Shown here one piece after another: positions 8,056 through 19,018 of a stretch of 64,000 nt of DNA; the first letter of the stretch is position 1; the number at the start of each line of letters is the position of its first letter. The position numbers and the translations under genes were made by a program. The notes below the pieces were generated by a model that saw only the letters and a program-made list of their open reading frames with translations, was not told the DNA's origin and ran no database searches. The stretch is from an uncultured Chloroflexia bacterium (GTDB lineage: Bacteria; Chloroflexota; Limnocylindria; Limnocylindrales; CSP1-4), in contig CAVUSH010000003.1 in assembly GCA_963744095.1 (NCBI GenBank), positions 90,821 through 154,820 on the forward strand, given 5' to 3'.

Positions 8056-9954
8056 TCAGCGAGGCGCGGCGCGGCTCACCGCCTGCTGGGTGAACGCCTC
8101 GATGACGTCGCCCTCCACCAGGTCGTGGTAGCCGGCGAGCCCAATGCCGCATTCGTAGCCCTGGGCCACCTCGCGCACGTCGTCCCGGAAGCGACGGAGC
8201 GAATCGATCCGGTCGCTCGTGATGACCTTGCCGCCGCGGTAGACCCGGGCGCCGGCGTTCCGGACGATCCGGCCGTCGGTCACGAAGGAACCCGCGATGA
8301 CGGTGCTCTTCCCGACGCGGAAGATCTGGCGCACCTCGGCCCGGCCCTCGACGACTTCCACGATCTCCGGCTCGAGCATCCCGCTGAGGGCCGCCTCGAT
8401 GTCGTCGGTCAGCTTGTAGATGATGTCGTAGAGGCGGACGTCGACCTTCTCCGCTTCTGCCGTCCGGCGGGCCTGGGGGTCGATCTTCGTGCTGAACCCG
8501 ACCACGATCGCGTTCGACGCCGAGGCCAGGAGGATGTCGGTGTCCGTGATGTCGCCGGTCCCCTCGTGGAGGACGCTGATCCGGACCTCGTCGGACTGGA
8601 TCTGCCCCAGCGCGTGGGTGATGGCTCCGAGAGACCCCGAGACGTCCGCCTTCAGGATGATCCGGAGCTCCTTCGCCTGGCCTTCCTTGAACTGCTGGAA
8701 GAGGTCCTCCAGCGTCGCCTTCTGGCTGGTGCCGGCGGCCGAGCTGGCCGCGGCCCGGGTGCCCTCCACGAGCGACCGGGCGATCTTCTCGTCGGCCACG
8801 ACCCTGAGGATGTCACCGGCCTCCGGGACCTCGCCGAGGCCCAGCACGACGGACGCCGAGGACGGGCCGACCTTCAGGGTCCGCTTGCCGGCCGCGTTCG
8901 AGAGGGCGCGGACCTTGCCGTAGGTCTTGCCGACGACGACCACGTCGCCGATCCGGAGCGTGCCGGTCTGCACCACGACCGTGGCCACGGGGCCCCGGCC
9001 CTTGTCCATCTCGGCCTCGATGATCGTGCCGACCGCGGGCCGCTTGGGGTTGGCCGTGAGCTCCTGGAGGTCCGCGACGAGCAGGATCATGTCGAGGAGC
9101 TCCTCGAGTCCGATCCGCGCCTTCGCCGAGACGGGCACGAGCGGCACGTCGCCGCCGTACTCCTCCACGACCACGTTGGCCCCGGCGAGCTCGGTCTTCA
9201 CCCGGTCCTGGTCGGCATCCGGCTTGTCGATCTTGTTGAGGGCGATGACGATCGGCACCTTCGCCGCGCGCGCGTGGCTGATCGCCTCGAGCGTCTGGGG
9301 CATGACCCCGTCGTCCGCCGCGACGACGATCACCGCGATGTCGGTGACCCGTGCGCCTCGGGCCCGCATGGCGGTGAACGCCTCGTGGCCGGGGGTGTCG
9401 AGGAAGACGACCTTCTTGCCGTCCTTGGTCACCTCGGATGCGCCGATGTGCTGGGTGATCCCGCCACGCTCGCCGGCGGCCACGGTCGTGCTCCGAATGG
9501 CGTCGAGCAGGCTCGTCTTCCCGTGGTCGACGTGGCCCATGACGGTGACGATCGGGGGACGGGGCAGCAGGAGGGCGGGGTCGTCCTCACCCAGCAGGCC
9601 CGGATCCTTCGTGGCGGGCGCGACGGCCTCGGTCGTGGTCTCCGCGATCTCGGCGGCGGTCTCCTCGGCCTCGGCCACCTCGTAGCCGAGCTCCGTCGCG
9701 ACGAGCGATGCGGTGTCGCGGTCGATGAGCTGGTTGATCGTGGCGAAGATGCCACTCTTGATCAGCTCGCGGATGACGTCGGCGGGGTTCACGTCGAGGA
9801 GCTCGGCGAGCTCCTTGACCGTGATCGTCGGCGGCAGCGTGACGGCCGCGCGATCGCGCGGCTCAGCGACGGAGACCGGCGCGAAGCCGCCCTCGCGTCG
9901 CGGTGGCTTGCGGGGACCGCGTCGCCCGCGGGTCCCGCTCCTGCTCCTGGCCAT
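8056..9954 (-). CDS. infB: translation initiation factor IF-2 (short N-terminus form, ~632 aa)
   Basis: G domain [16 protein letters not shown]...DTPGH...NKIDK. The ATG at 9954 overlaps the upstream stop as TGATG. Upstream residues in ORF 8056..10602 are out-of-frame read-through. Confidence 0.9.
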   Translation of the reverse strand: MARSRSGTRGRRGPRKPPRREGGFAPVSVAEPRDRAAVTLPPTITVKELAELLDVNPADVIRELIKSGIFATINQLIDRDTASLVATELGYEVAEAEETAAEIAETTTEAVAPATKDPGLLGEDDPALLLPRPPIVTVMGHVDHGKTSLLDAIRSTTVAAGERGGITQHIGASEVTKDGKKVVFLDTPGHEAFTAMRARGARVTDIAVIVVAADDGVMPQTLEAISHARAAKVPIVIALNKIDKPDADQDRVKTELAGANVVVEEYGGDVPLVPVSAKARIGLEELLDMILLVADLQELTANPKRPAVGTIIEAEMDKGRGPVATVVVQTGTLRIGDVVVVGKTYGKVRALSNAAGKRTLKVGPSSASVVLGLGEVPEAGDILRVVADEKIARSLVEGTRAAASSAAGTSQKATLEDLFQQFKEGQAKELRIILKADVSGSLGAITHALGQIQSDEVRISVLHEGTGDITDTDILLASASNAIVVGFSTKIDPQARRTAEAEKVDVRLYDIIYKLTDDIEAALSGMLEPEIVEVVEGRAEVRQIFRVGKSTVIAGSFVTDGRIVRNAGARVYRGGKVITSDRIDSLRRFRDDVREVAQGYECGIGLAGYHDLVEGDVIEAFTQQAVSRAAPR

Positions 9955-10253
9955 CAGGACCCTCCTTCGTGATCGATGACGATGTCGTCGGTGGATGCCC
10001 CGGGTGCCGGCAGCGGTCCGAAGAGACCGGCCGGGATCGGGCTGTCGAGGGCTCGGCGAAGGGCCCCTCGCGTGATCGCGTTGTGCTGGCAGGCGGGGTC
10101 GAGGCAGACGTAGGCACCGCGTCCGGCGGCTTTGCCGCTCGGGTCGATGGCGACGCCGCCGGCCGGCGCGCGGACCACGCGCAGGAGCTCGCGCTTCCGC
10201 CTGGCGGTCCGGCACGCGACGCAGGTCCTGGTCGGGAACTGCCGCTGGGGCAG
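9954..10253 (-). CDS. ylxR: YlxR/DUF448 family protein (nusA-infB operon RNA-binding protein); start codon uncertain
   Basis: GRGAYVCLDPAC motif. The conserved N-terminal TCVACRTARRKRELLRVVR is encoded upstream of the first GTG at 10178. An AAGGAGG SD follows the nusA stop at 10292-10284, but no ATG/GTG/TTG follows it in frame. Candidate starts are CTG at 10253 or GTA/GTC at 10277/10280. Confidence 0.7.
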   Translation of the reverse strand: MPQRQFPTRTCVACRTARRKRELLRVVRAPAGGVAIDPSGKAAGRGAYVCLDPACQHNAITRGALRRALDSPIPAGLFGPLPAPGASTDDIVIDHEGGS

Positions 10254-10301
10254 CCCGCCGGTCGCGCCGCGCGCTACGACGCCACCTCCTTTGCGCCGCC
10301 G

Positions 10302-11423
10302 TCACTCCCCACCTGCGGGGCGGCGGCCACGCGGAGCGGCGGCAACCGCGGCGGCCACGGGAGCGGCGGCAACCGGCACGGCGGCGGGCTCCAGGCCCTG
10401 GGCGTCGCTGCGGATGTTGATTCGCCAGCCCGTCAGCTTGGCCGCCAGGCTGGCGTTCTGGCCGCCACGTCCGATCGCGAGGGAGAGCATCTTCTCGGGG
10501 ACGGTGACGTTGGCGACGCGGTTCTCCTCGTCGATGACCACGCCGTCGACCTGGGCCGGCGAGAGGGCCTTGGCGACGAAGACCGCGGGGTCCTCGTGCC
10601 ACTCGATGACGTCGATCTTCTCCCCGGCGAGCTCGGCGACGACCGCCTGGACCCGCGCCCCGCGCTGGCCCACCGTCGCGCCCACCGGATCGAGGCCCTC
10701 CTGGCGCGACGCCACGGCGACCTTGCTCCGGCTTCCCGGGTCTCGCGAGATCGCCTTGATCTCCACCGTCCCGGCGTGGATCTCCGGGACCTCCAGCTCG
10801 AACAGGCGGCGCAGGAAGCCCTTGTGCGTCCGGCTGACGAGGACCTGGGGGCCCTTGGGCGCCCGCCGCACCTCGAGCACGAAGGCCTTGACGTTCTGGC
10901 CGATCCGGTAGTGCTCCACCGGCGACTGCTCGGTGGTCGCGAGGATCGCCTCGGCCTTGCCGAGGTCGAGGATGATGGCCCGCGGCTCGACGCGGTTGAC
11001 CGTCCCCGTGATGAGGTCGCCCTCACGGCTGGCGAACTGGTCGAAGACGACGTCGCGCTCGGCTTCGCGGAGGCGCTGGAGCACGACCTGCTTGGCCGTC
11101 TGGGCGCCGATCCGGCCGAAGGCGTCCTGCCCCAGCTGCTCGGTGACGACCACGTCGCCGGGCGCCGCGTCGTCCTTGAAGGCGACTGCCGCGGCGACGG
11201 TGATCTGGGTCAGCTCGTCCTCGATCACCTCGACGACGAGCCGTTCCCGGGTCACCATCATCTCGCCCCGCTCGGGATCGATCCGGACGCGGACGTCCTC
11301 GTTCCCGGGGATCCGCCGGTAGGCCGATTCGATGGCATCCTCGATCGTCCGGATCAGGTGCTCCCGCGGAACGCCCTTCTCCGCGTTGAGCTGGAGGAGG
11401 GCGCCGACGAAGTCTCGGCTCAT
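10302..11423 (-). CDS. nusA: transcription termination/antitermination factor NusA
   Basis: N-terminal domain, S1, and KH1/KH2 (KIDVIEW...GRGGQNASLAAKLTGWRINI). The ATG at 11423 has a GGAGG SD. No rimP gene lies upstream. Confidence 0.9.
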   Translation of the reverse strand: MSRDFVGALLQLNAEKGVPREHLIRTIEDAIESAYRRIPGNEDVRVRIDPERGEMMVTRERLVVEVIEDELTQITVAAAVAFKDDAAPGDVVVTEQLGQDAFGRIGAQTAKQVVLQRLREAERDVVFDQFASREGDLITGTVNRVEPRAIILDLGKAEAILATTEQSPVEHYRIGQNVKAFVLEVRRAPKGPQVLVSRTHKGFLRRLFELEVPEIHAGTVEIKAISRDPGSRSKVAVASRQEGLDPVGATVGQRGARVQAVVAELAGEKIDVIEWHEDPAVFVAKALSPAQVDGVVIDEENRVANVTVPEKMLSLAIGRGGQNASLAAKLTGWRINIRSDAQGLEPAAVPVAAAPVAAAVAAAPRGRRPAGGE

Positions 11424-11496
11424 GCGCGCACCTCCGTGTTCCTTCTCGTCGTCGTCCGACACATCGCCGTCCGACGCCTGCCGTGCCCGCCGGACC

Positions 11497-11526
11497 GAAA
11501 GAAAAACGTGGCGGTCAGCCACGTCA
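11497..11526 (-). promoter_or_regulatory. terminator-like hairpin plus U-tract in the nusA leader (candidate attenuator)
   Basis: Minus strand ACGTGGC-TGACC-GCCACGT followed by TTTTTCTTTC. It is ~70 nt upstream of the nusA ATG and ~30 nt downstream of a TATACT -10-like element (plus AGTATA at ~11556-11561). Confidence 0.45.
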
Positions 11527-11663
11527 TGGGGCGGCGCGGTCGTGTTGTCGCGCAGTATAGCGCGCCACGAGATCCCCGGGATCGACGTCCACCGGTCCGG
11601 GCGGATCGGCGCTCGGAGCCGCCGGACCGGACCGCCCGGTGCCCGGGGTGGCGTACCCGTCGG

Positions 11664-12941
11664 TCAGCGGTCTCCGGCGGGTACCTCGCCACTACGAGCC
11701 ACGCCAGCCGCGGGGGCCGGGAAGCGGCGGTCGACGTATTCCTCCAGGAGGGCGATGAAGCGCTCCACGATGTCGTCGCCGCGGAACGTGTCGTGGAGCT
11801 TCCCGTCGACGAAGACGGGAGCCACCGGCTCCTCGAATGTGCCGGGCAGGCTGATCCCGATGTCGGCGTGCTTGCTCTCACCCGGCCCGTTCACGACGCA
11901 GCCCATGACGGCCACGGTGAGCTCCTCGACGCCCGGGTGGGTCGCCCCCCACACGGGCATCTGCTCCTTCAGGTGGCGCTGGATGTCGCGGGCCATCTCC
12001 TGGAAGAAGACGGAGGTCGTGCGCCCGCAGCCCGGGCAGGCGCTCACCTGGGGCAGGAAGCTGCGCAGGCCCAGGGACTGGAGCACCTGCTGGGCGACCT
12101 CCACCTCCAGCTCACGGCCGGCGCCCGGCTCCGGGGTCAGGGAGACCCGGATGGTGTCCCCGATCCCCTCGTTCAGCAGGATCGCCAGGCCGGCGGTGGA
12201 GGCGACGATCCCCTTCATCCCCATGCCGGCCTCCGTGAGGCCGAGGTGGAGCGCGTAGTCGCAGCGGGCGGCCAGGAGCCGGTAGACGTCCACCAGGTCG
12301 CGGACGCCGGAGACCTTCGCGCTCACGACGATGCGGTCGTGGCGGAGCCCGGTCTCCTCGGCCAGCTCGGCTGATCGCAGGGCCGATTGGAGCATCGCCT
12401 CGACCATCACGTCGCGCGCGTCCCGCGGCTCGGCGAGGCGGGCGTTCTCCTCCATGAGCGTGGTCAGGAGCGCCGGATCGAGCGAGCCCCAGTTCACCCC
12501 GATGCGGATCGGCTTGTCGTGCTCCAGCGCCGCCCGGACGATCGTCTGGAAGTTCGCGTCGTGCCGCTTCCCACCCACGTTGCCGGGGTTGATCCGGTAC
12601 TTCGCGAGGGCCCTGGCTGCCTCCGGGTATTCCACCAGCAGCTTGTGGCCGTTGTAGTGGAAGTCACCGATGATCGGCGTGTCGAAGCCCAGGTCGCGCA
12701 CCTTGCGGATCATCTCCGGGACCGCGGCCGCCGCCGCCTCCGTGTTGACGGTGACGCGCACGAGCTGCGAGCCGGCCTTGGCCAGCCCGACGACCTGGAG
12801 GGCCGTCGCGTCGGCGTCCGCCGTGTCGGTGTTGGTCATCGACTGGACAACCACCGGGTGGGCGCTCCCCACGAGCACGCCGCCGACGTCCACGGAGGGC
12901 GTCGGGCGTCGCCGTGGCCGCAGGCGGTCGGGCGCTGTCAC
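11664..12941 (-). CDS. ispG: 4-hydroxy-3-methylbut-2-enyl diphosphate synthase IspG/GcpE
   Basis: [13 protein letters not shown]...ACPGCGRT motifs. Confidence 0.9.
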   Translation of the reverse strand: MTAPDRLRPRRRPTPSVDVGGVLVGSAHPVVVQSMTNTDTADADATALQVVGLAKAGSQLVRVTVNTEAAAAAVPEMIRKVRDLGFDTPIIGDFHYNGHKLLVEYPEAARALAKYRINPGNVGGKRHDANFQTIVRAALEHDKPIRIGVNWGSLDPALLTTLMEENARLAEPRDARDVMVEAMLQSALRSAELAEETGLRHDRIVVSAKVSGVRDLVDVYRLLAARCDYALHLGLTEAGMGMKGIVASTAGLAILLNEGIGDTIRVSLTPEPGAGRELEVEVAQQVLQSLGLRSFLPQVSACPGCGRTTSVFFQEMARDIQRHLKEQMPVWGATHPGVEELTVAVMGCVVNGPGESKHADIGISLPGTFEEPVAPVFVDGKLHDTFRGDDIVERFIALLEEYVDRRFPAPAAGVARSGEVPAGDR

Positions 12942-14092
12942 GGCGCCGAGCCGCTCACCTGCCGCACGATGTCGAAGTAGGTGATCCAGATCAGGAAGCC
13001 GAAGAGGAAGACGAACCCGACCAGGTAGGTGAGCCGCTCCACCGAGAGGGTGGTGGCGGCGGACGGCCCGTTGACGCGGATGCCGGCGGACCGCAGCAGG
13101 CGCCCGCCGGCTCCGAAGAAGGCCTTGAGGAGGAGGACGAGCATCCGGCCCCCGTCGAGGGGCGGGAACGGCAGGATGTTGACGAGGGCCAGGTTCGCCG
13201 ACAGGAGCCCGGCCAGGTAGAGGGTGAAGATCGGCCCGAGCTGCCAGAAGACGTCACCCACCTGGGCCGCGATCCCCACCGGCCCCGAGACCGGCGGCGC
13301 CTCTCCCGGGTTCGCGACGATCGAGGCCACGAGATCGGCCAGGCCGTTGAGGATCAGGGTGAACGCGGCGACGGTCCAGGCGAGGCCCGCCTCGATCGCC
13401 GAGACGATGTCGCGTCCGCGGTACTCCCCGGTGAAGACGAGCTGCGCCCCGCGGATGCCCAGGGCACCCTTGTCGGCCGCGACCTCGGGCGGCCGGAGGG
13501 TGACCTCGACCTCCCGGACGGCCCCGTCGTCGCCCTCCACGGTCAGGGTGACGGTCTCGCCGGCCCGCTCCCGGAGCGCCTCGATGGCGGCCCGGCCGGC
13601 ATCGGGACTCGGGAAGAGGTCGAACGCCTGCCCGTCGACGGCGACGATCGTGTCGCCGGCCACGAGACCGGCTGCTTCCGCCGGTGAGCCGGCCGTCACC
13701 TCCGCGAACGTGAGGCCTCCCTGCGGCGTGGCCAGCCAGGCGATGCTGAAGAAGATGACGAAGGCCAGCAGGAGGTTCATCCCGACGCCGGCGACCAGGA
13801 CGACGGTCTTCTTCCAGAGGCGCTGCACCGCGAACGAGCGCGGGTCCTCGGAGTCGCCGTCCTCGCCCTCGAGGCGGACGAAGCCGCCGATCGGCAGCCA
13901 GTTCAGGGTGTAGAGCGTCTCGCCCTTCGCGCGGAGCACCTTCGCCCGCGGTGGGAAGCCGATGCCGAATTCGAGGACGCGGATGCGGAAGACACGGGCC
14001 AGGACGAAGTGGCCCACCTCGTGGATGACGACGAGGCCGCCCAGGATGAGGATGAAGAGGGCGATCGTGATCGCGCCCTGGATGATGGCCAT
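12938..14092 (-). CDS. rseP: RIP zinc metalloprotease RseP (site-2 protease) with PDZ domain
   Basis: HEVGHF...LPFPPLDGG motifs with a central PDZ domain. The ATG at 14092 has an AAGGGAG SD. The upstream part of ORF 12938..14818 is out-of-frame dxr. Confidence 0.9.
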   Translation of the reverse strand: MAIIQGAITIALFILILGGLVVIHEVGHFVLARVFRIRVLEFGIGFPPRAKVLRAKGETLYTLNWLPIGGFVRLEGEDGDSEDPRSFAVQRLWKKTVVLVAGVGMNLLLAFVIFFSIAWLATPQGGLTFAEVTAGSPAEAAGLVAGDTIVAVDGQAFDLFPSPDAGRAAIEALRERAGETVTLTVEGDDGAVREVEVTLRPPEVAADKGALGIRGAQLVFTGEYRGRDIVSAIEAGLAWTVAAFTLILNGLADLVASIVANPGEAPPVSGPVGIAAQVGDVFWQLGPIFTLYLAGLLSANLALVNILPFPPLDGGRMLVLLLKAFFGAGGRLLRSAGIRVNGPSAATTLSVERLTYLVGFVFLFGFLIWITYFDIVRQVSGSAP

Positions 14093-14100
14093 GGTCTCCC

Positions 14101-15342
14101 TTACGCTCCCGGGCCCGTCCCGGTTCCTCGCGCCGTCCCAGCCGCCGCGTACGCGTCGCGGACTTCCCGGTCGAGGGCGACGAGGTCGTCGATCCCCGGC
14201 GCCTGGTCGGGTCCGGACCCATAGCGTGCCACGGCTTGCTCGAGAAGGCGCGCGATGCCCGGGAAGTCGAGCGTCCCCGCCAGGAATCGGGCGACGGCCA
14301 CGTCGTCGGCGGCGATGAGCGCCGCCGTCGCCCGGGATCCGATCGCGCCTGCCTCGCGGGCGATCCGAAGGGCGGGAAAGCGACCTTCGTCGGGCGCCCG
14401 GAAGTCCAGGCGCGCCGCCGCGACGAGGTCCGGCGGCGCGACCGGCGAGGGCAGGCGGCGCGGATGGGTGATCGCGTACTGGATCGGCAGCCGCATGTCC
14501 GGCGTCCCCAGCTGGGCCTTGAGCGACCCGTCCCGGAAGAGGACGGCCGAATGGACGACCGACTGCGGATGGACGACGACATCGATCCGGTCGTAGGTCA
14601 TCCCGTAGAGCCAATGGGCCTCGACGACCTCCAGCCCCTTGTTGGCGAGCGTCGCCGAATCGATCGTGATCTTGGCGCCCATCGTCCAGGTCGGGTGGCG
14701 CAGGGCGCGGGCGGGGGTGATGCCCGCGAAGCCGTCGAGCGGCGTGTCGAGGAAGGGCCCGCCCGAGGCGGTGAGGACAAGGCGGGCGACCTCGTCGAGC
14801 GTCTCCCCGGCGAGGCACTGCCAGATCGCGGAGTGCTCCGAATCGATCGGGCGCAGCCAGCCGAGCGGCGTGGCCAGGGGGTCGCGAGAATCCGCTGCCG
14901 CACGTTCTGCGGCCCGGGCTCCGGCCTCGGCCATCACGAGGTGGCCGCCCGCCACGAGGGTCTCCTTGTTGGCGGTCGCGACGACCTTCCCGGTCCGGAG
15001 AGCCGCGAGGACGGGGCGCAGGCTCACGACGCCGCCGGTGGCGACGATCACCAGGTCCACGTCCGCCCGCGTGGCAAGCTCCTCCAGGGCGCCCGGGCCG
15101 CGCACCTGGGTGCAGCCGGACGGCAGGTCGAGGGCCGCGTCCGAACCGACCGCCGCGACGAGGGGACGGAGTCGCCGGGCCTGCTCCTCCAGCAGGGCGG
15201 CCTGCGAGCCGGTTGCGATGGCGACGACCTGCCAGTCGGGGGCGAGGGCGACGAGGACGTCGACCGCCTGCGTCCCGATCGATCCGCCCGATCCGAGGAG
15301 GGCGACCCTGGTCGGCGCACGCGGCGGTTGCGGATCAGCCAT
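14101..15342 (-). CDS. dxr: 1-deoxy-D-xylulose 5-phosphate reductoisomerase
   Basis: RVALLGSGGSIGTQAVDV...ANKE...DSEHSAI motifs. ATG at 15342. Confidence 0.9.
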   Translation of the reverse strand: MADPQPPRAPTRVALLGSGGSIGTQAVDVLVALAPDWQVVAIATGSQAALLEEQARRLRPLVAAVGSDAALDLPSGCTQVRGPGALEELATRADVDLVIVATGGVVSLRPVLAALRTGKVVATANKETLVAGGHLVMAEAGARAAERAAADSRDPLATPLGWLRPIDSEHSAIWQCLAGETLDEVARLVLTASGGPFLDTPLDGFAGITPARALRHPTWTMGAKITIDSATLANKGLEVVEAHWLYGMTYDRIDVVVHPQSVVHSAVLFRDGSLKAQLGTPDMRLPIQYAITHPRRLPSPVAPPDLVAAARLDFRAPDEGRFPALRIAREAGAIGSRATAALIAADDVAVARFLAGTLDFPGIARLLEQAVARYGSGPDQAPGIDDLVALDREVRDAYAAAGTARGTGTGPGA

Positions 15343-16213
15343 GGGCGAGCGCGACCCAGGCGGCAAGGACCGGGGCCGCGAAGAGGATCGAGTCGATGCG
15401 ATCGAGGATCCCACCGTGCCCCGGCAGGAGCGTGCCCGAGTCCTTGGCGCCGGCGGCGCGCTTGAGGAGCGATTCGGCGAGGTCGCCGGCCTGGGCGGCC
15501 ACACCCAGCAGCGGGCCGAGGACGAGGGCCTCCAGGGGCGAGCTGCCGCTGATCGCGAGGACGACGGCGACGCCCAGGGTGGCCGCGACGATCCCGCCGA
15601 TCACTCCCTCGAGCGTCTTCTTCGGGGAGATCCAGGGGAGGAAGGGTCGCCGACCGATCGCGCGGCCGACGAGGTAGGCGCCCGTGTCGAAGACCCAGAC
15701 GGCGGCCAGCAGGACGAGGATCCAGCGTCGCTCCGGCCAGAAGGCCCCCCCGGTCGACGACGGATCGGTCCACGCGGTCGTGAGGGTGGCAACCGCGCCG
15801 ATGAGAGCCACGTAGGCAGCCCCGAAGACGGTCGACGACCAGGCGGCGAACCCGTCGGCCGGATCGCGCCGGGCGAAGGCGAGCATCGCCAGCGCAGCGG
15901 CGACGACGCCGACGAGGGCGATGCCGTCGATGGCCTCGACGCGGGTTGCGAGGTCGAGGGCCGCCTCGGGCCGGCCGAGCAGGTGGCTGCCGAGGATCGC
16001 CGGGATCGCCGCCGCGGCCACGAGGACGGTCGCTCCCGCGGCGACCCCGGCGCGGATGACCGGACGTCCGGCGAGGGGCAGCAGGCGCTCGGCCTCGTGC
16101 GCCGCCAGGATCGCGAGAACGAGGACGAGGATCCCGATGCCGACCCCGCCTGCGGCGATCGCCAGCACCACGACCGGGACGATCAGCAGGGTGCTGAGGG
16201 TGCGCTCGCGCAC
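15335..16213 (-). CDS. cdsA: phosphatidate cytidylyltransferase
   Basis: Multi-TM protein with a CTP-transferase signature (KDSGTLLPGHGGILDRIDS). Confidence 0.85.
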   Translation of the reverse strand: MRERTLSTLLIVPVVVLAIAAGGVGIGILVLVLAILAAHEAERLLPLAGRPVIRAGVAAGATVLVAAAAIPAILGSHLLGRPEAALDLATRVEAIDGIALVGVVAAALAMLAFARRDPADGFAAWSSTVFGAAYVALIGAVATLTTAWTDPSSTGGAFWPERRWILVLLAAVWVFDTGAYLVGRAIGRRPFLPWISPKKTLEGVIGGIVAATLGVAVVLAISGSSPLEALVLGPLLGVAAQAGDLAESLLKRAAGAKDSGTLLPGHGGILDRIDSILFAAPVLAAWVALAHG

Positions 16214-16222
16214 GATCGCCTC

Positions 16223-17017
16223 CTAGGTTCCGTACCGCCGCGAGCGCAGCGCGAACGCGTCGAGGGCCGCGTCGTAGGCGGCCTCGTCGAAGTCCGGCCA
16301 GAGGACGTCGCATGACCAGAACTCGGCGTAGGCGCTCTGCCAGATGAGGAAGTTCGAGAGCCGCTGCTCGCCGCCCGTGCGGATCACGAGGTCGGGGTCG
16401 GGCATCCCCGCCGTGTACAGGCGCGCCGCGATGGCAGGCTCGTCGATGGCGTCGGCCGCCAGGCCGTCGGCGACCAGCGCCCGGACTGCATCGACCAGCT
16501 CCGTGCGGCCCGCGTAGTTGAACGCGACGGCCAGGGTCAGGCGGTCGCCCTGCTCGGTCGCGGCAAGCGCGTCGCCGATCGACCGGCGGAGGTCATCGGG
16601 AAGCTCATCGAGGCGTCCAAGGAGACGCACCCGCACACCCTGTCGCACGAGCTCCGGCGTCTCGGCCCGGATCGCCTGCTCGAGGATCCGGAAGAGCCCG
16701 GTCACCTCGTCGTCGGACCGCGCCCAGTTCTCCCGGCTGAAGGCGTAGAGGGAGAGGACGGCTACCCCGCGGCGCAGCGTGTGCTCCACGAGCCAGCGGA
16801 TCTTCTCGACGCCCGCGGCGTGACCGTCGAGCTCGGAGAGGCCGCGCTCGCGCGCCCAGCGCCGGTTGCCGTCCATGATGATGGCCACGTGGGCCGGGCG
16901 GGTCGGCGGGTCGGCCTCGCCGCCGTCGCTCGGATCGAGGGCGCCGTCTGCCCCCGTCCGCGCCCCGTTGGCCGCGGGCGGCACGTCCGCCGGACGCGCG
17001 AGCGGGGCGCGCGCCAC
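16223..17017 (-). CDS. uppS: isoprenyl transferase (undecaprenyl diphosphate synthase family)
   Basis: HVAIIMDGNRRWA...FSRENW...RTGGEQRLSNFLIWQ motifs. The real start may be downstream of M1. Confidence 0.9.
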   Translation of the reverse strand: MARAPLARPADVPPAANGARTGADGALDPSDGGEADPPTRPAHVAIIMDGNRRWARERGLSELDGHAAGVEKIRWLVEHTLRRGVAVLSLYAFSRENWARSDDEVTGLFRILEQAIRAETPELVRQGVRVRLLGRLDELPDDLRRSIGDALAATEQGDRLTLAVAFNYAGRTELVDAVRALVADGLAADAIDEPAIAARLYTAGMPDPDLVIRTGGEQRLSNFLIWQSAYAEFWSCDVLWPDFDEAAYDAALDAFALRSRRYGT

Positions 17018-17574
17018 TAGACCTCCATCACCTCGCGCTCCTTGGAGCCGCCAACAGCGTCGACGTCGGCGACGTGGCGGTCGGTCACCTTCTGGAGCTG
17101 CTCGAGCTCGCGGTGCGCCTCGTCCGTGCCGATGACGCCGTCCCGCTCCTCGTGCTTGATCGCGTCCGCGGCCTCCCGTCGAAGGTTCCGGATCTCCACC
17201 TTCGCCTCTTCCATGCGACGGTGGACCACCTTGACGAGCTCGCGACGCCGTTCCTCGGTCAGGGGCGGGATGTTGAGCCGGACGACGGTCCCGTCAACGT
17301 TCGGCGTCAGGCCGATGTCGCTCCGCAGGATCGCCTTCTCGATCGCGCCGAGGACGCCGCGGTCCCACGGCTGGATGACGATCAGGTGGGGCTCGGGGAC
17401 GCTGATGCCGGCGAGCTGGTTGAGGGCCGTTGGCGTCCCGTAATACTCGACGTGGATGCGCTCGACGAGCGCGGTGGAGGCGCGTCCCGTCCGGACGCCC
17501 TGGAGGTCGCGCTCCATCACCTCGACGGCGCGGGCCATCTTCGGCTCGATGGTCGCGAGGACCTGGCTGGTCAT
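17017..17574 (-). CDS. frr: ribosome recycling factor
   Basis: VRTGRAS...[21 protein letters not shown] motifs. Confidence 0.9.
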   Translation of the reverse strand: MTSQVLATIEPKMARAVEVMERDLQGVRTGRASTALVERIHVEYYGTPTALNQLAGISVPEPHLIVIQPWDRGVLGAIEKAILRSDIGLTPNVDGTVVRLNIPPLTEERRRELVKVVHRRMEEAKVEIRNLRREAADAIKHEERDGVIGTDEAHRELEQLQKVTDRHVADVDAVGGSKEREVMEV

Positions 17575-18338
17575 GCGGGGGAACCTCCGGAGATGCGGGT
17601 CCCTACCTGCTCCCCCATCGCCGCCAGCCGGACGTTGTCGGGCTGGTTGAGGTCGAAGACGATGATGGGAAGGTCATTCTCCATGCAGAGCGACACGGCC
17701 GTCGCGTCGAGGACGGCGAGCCGCTCGCTCAGGACGTCCGCGTAGGTGAGCTCGGTGTAGCGCTTCGCCCCGGGATGGGTCAGGGGGTCCGCGTCGTAGA
17801 CGCCGTCGACCCTGGTGGCCTTGAGCAGGACGGTGGCGCCGATCTCGACGGCCCGCAGCGCTGCGGCGGTGTCGGTCGTGAAGTAGGGGTTGCCGGTCCC
17901 GGCCACGAAGAGCGTGACGCGGCCCTTCTCGAGGTGGCGGATCGCCCGCCGCCGGATGTACGGCTCTGCAACTTCGTTCATGGCGATGGCGGTCATCACC
18001 CGGGTCGGCACGCCGACCCGCTCGAGGGCGTCCTGGAGCGCGAGGCCGTTCATCACGGTCGCCAGCATCCCCATGTAGTCGCCGGTCGCCCGGTCCATCC
18101 CGCGCGCGGCGGCGGCCAGGCCGCGGAAGATGTTCCCGCCGCCGACCACCAGGCCGACCTGGATGCCTGCCCGGTGCGCCGCCGCGACCTGTGTCGCGAC
18201 GTACGTGCAGTAGGCGGGATCGACCCCATAGGGGCGGTCCCCGAGGAGCGCCTCGCCGGAGATCTTGAGCAGGATGCGCCCGTAGCGGACCGCCGGCGAC
18301 CCGCCGGTGCCGTCGGCCGTCGGACCGGGGTCGCTCAC
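17571..18338 (-). CDS. pyrH: UMP kinase
   Basis: [11 protein letters not shown]...GGGNIFRG...[15 protein letters not shown] motifs. The GTG start at 18338 overlaps the tsf stop as GTGA. Confidence 0.85.
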   Translation of the reverse strand: MSDPGPTADGTGGSPAVRYGRILLKISGEALLGDRPYGVDPAYCTYVATQVAAAHRAGIQVGLVVGGGNIFRGLAAAARGMDRATGDYMGMLATVMNGLALQDALERVGVPTRVMTAIAMNEVAEPYIRRRAIRHLEKGRVTLFVAGTGNPYFTTDTAAALRAVEIGATVLLKATRVDGVYDADPLTHPGAKRYTELTYADVLSERLAVLDATAVSLCMENDLPIIVFDLNQPDNVRLAAMGEQVGTRISGGSPA

Positions 18339-18934
18339 AGCTCCTCGCCGAGCGCGTACCGCGTGAAGCGCCGGACGCGGATGTTCTCGCCGATGGTGGC
18401 GATGGCCGCCGTCACGAGCGCCCTCACGGTCTGGTCGGTGTCGCGGAAGGGCTGCTCGAGCAGGCACACCTCGGCCTGCCACTTCTTCAGCTGGCCCTCG
18501 ACGATCTGGGACCGAAGGTGCTCCGGCTTCTTCTGGACCGTCTCGTCGCCGAGAAGGGCGGCCCTCTTCGCCGCCAGCTCGGCCTCGGGGATCCGCTCGA
18601 TGTCGACGTAGATCGGCGCGAGGCCCGCGACCTGCATCGCGAGGTCGCGGACTAGCTTCTGGAACTCGTCGGTACGGGCCACGAAGTCCGTCTCGCAGTT
18701 GACCTCGATGAGGACGCCGACCCGGCCGCCCGGGTGGATGTAGCTCGCGACGACGCCCTCGCGGGCCTCGCGACCTGCCCGTTTCGCGGCCGCGGCCAGG
18801 CCGCGCTCGCGCAGGAGCGCGACGGCCGCCTCGACGTTGCCGTCGGCCTCTTCGAGGGCGCGCTTGCAGTCCATCATGCCGGCGCCGGTCCGCTCGCGGA
18901 GATCCTTGACGTCGCCGGCGGAGAAGTTCGCCAT
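18335..18934 (-). CDS. tsf: elongation factor Ts (short ~199 aa form)
   Basis: [40 protein letters not shown]-like N-terminus. ATG at 18934. Confidence 0.9.
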   Translation of the reverse strand: MANFSAGDVKDLRERTGAGMMDCKRALEEADGNVEAAVALLRERGLAAAAKRAGREAREGVVASYIHPGGRVGVLIEVNCETDFVARTDEFQKLVRDLAMQVAGLAPIYVDIERIPEAELAAKRAALLGDETVQKKPEHLRSQIVEGQLKKWQAEVCLLEQPFRDTDQTVRALVTAAIATIGENIRVRRFTRYALGEEL

Positions 18935-19018
18935 GGGTAGGTGCATCTCCTGTCGTCCGCCCGACCGCTGCCGGGGGCTCGCGTGCGGCGGCTCACACCG
19001 CGGCACGATGGGGTCTGA

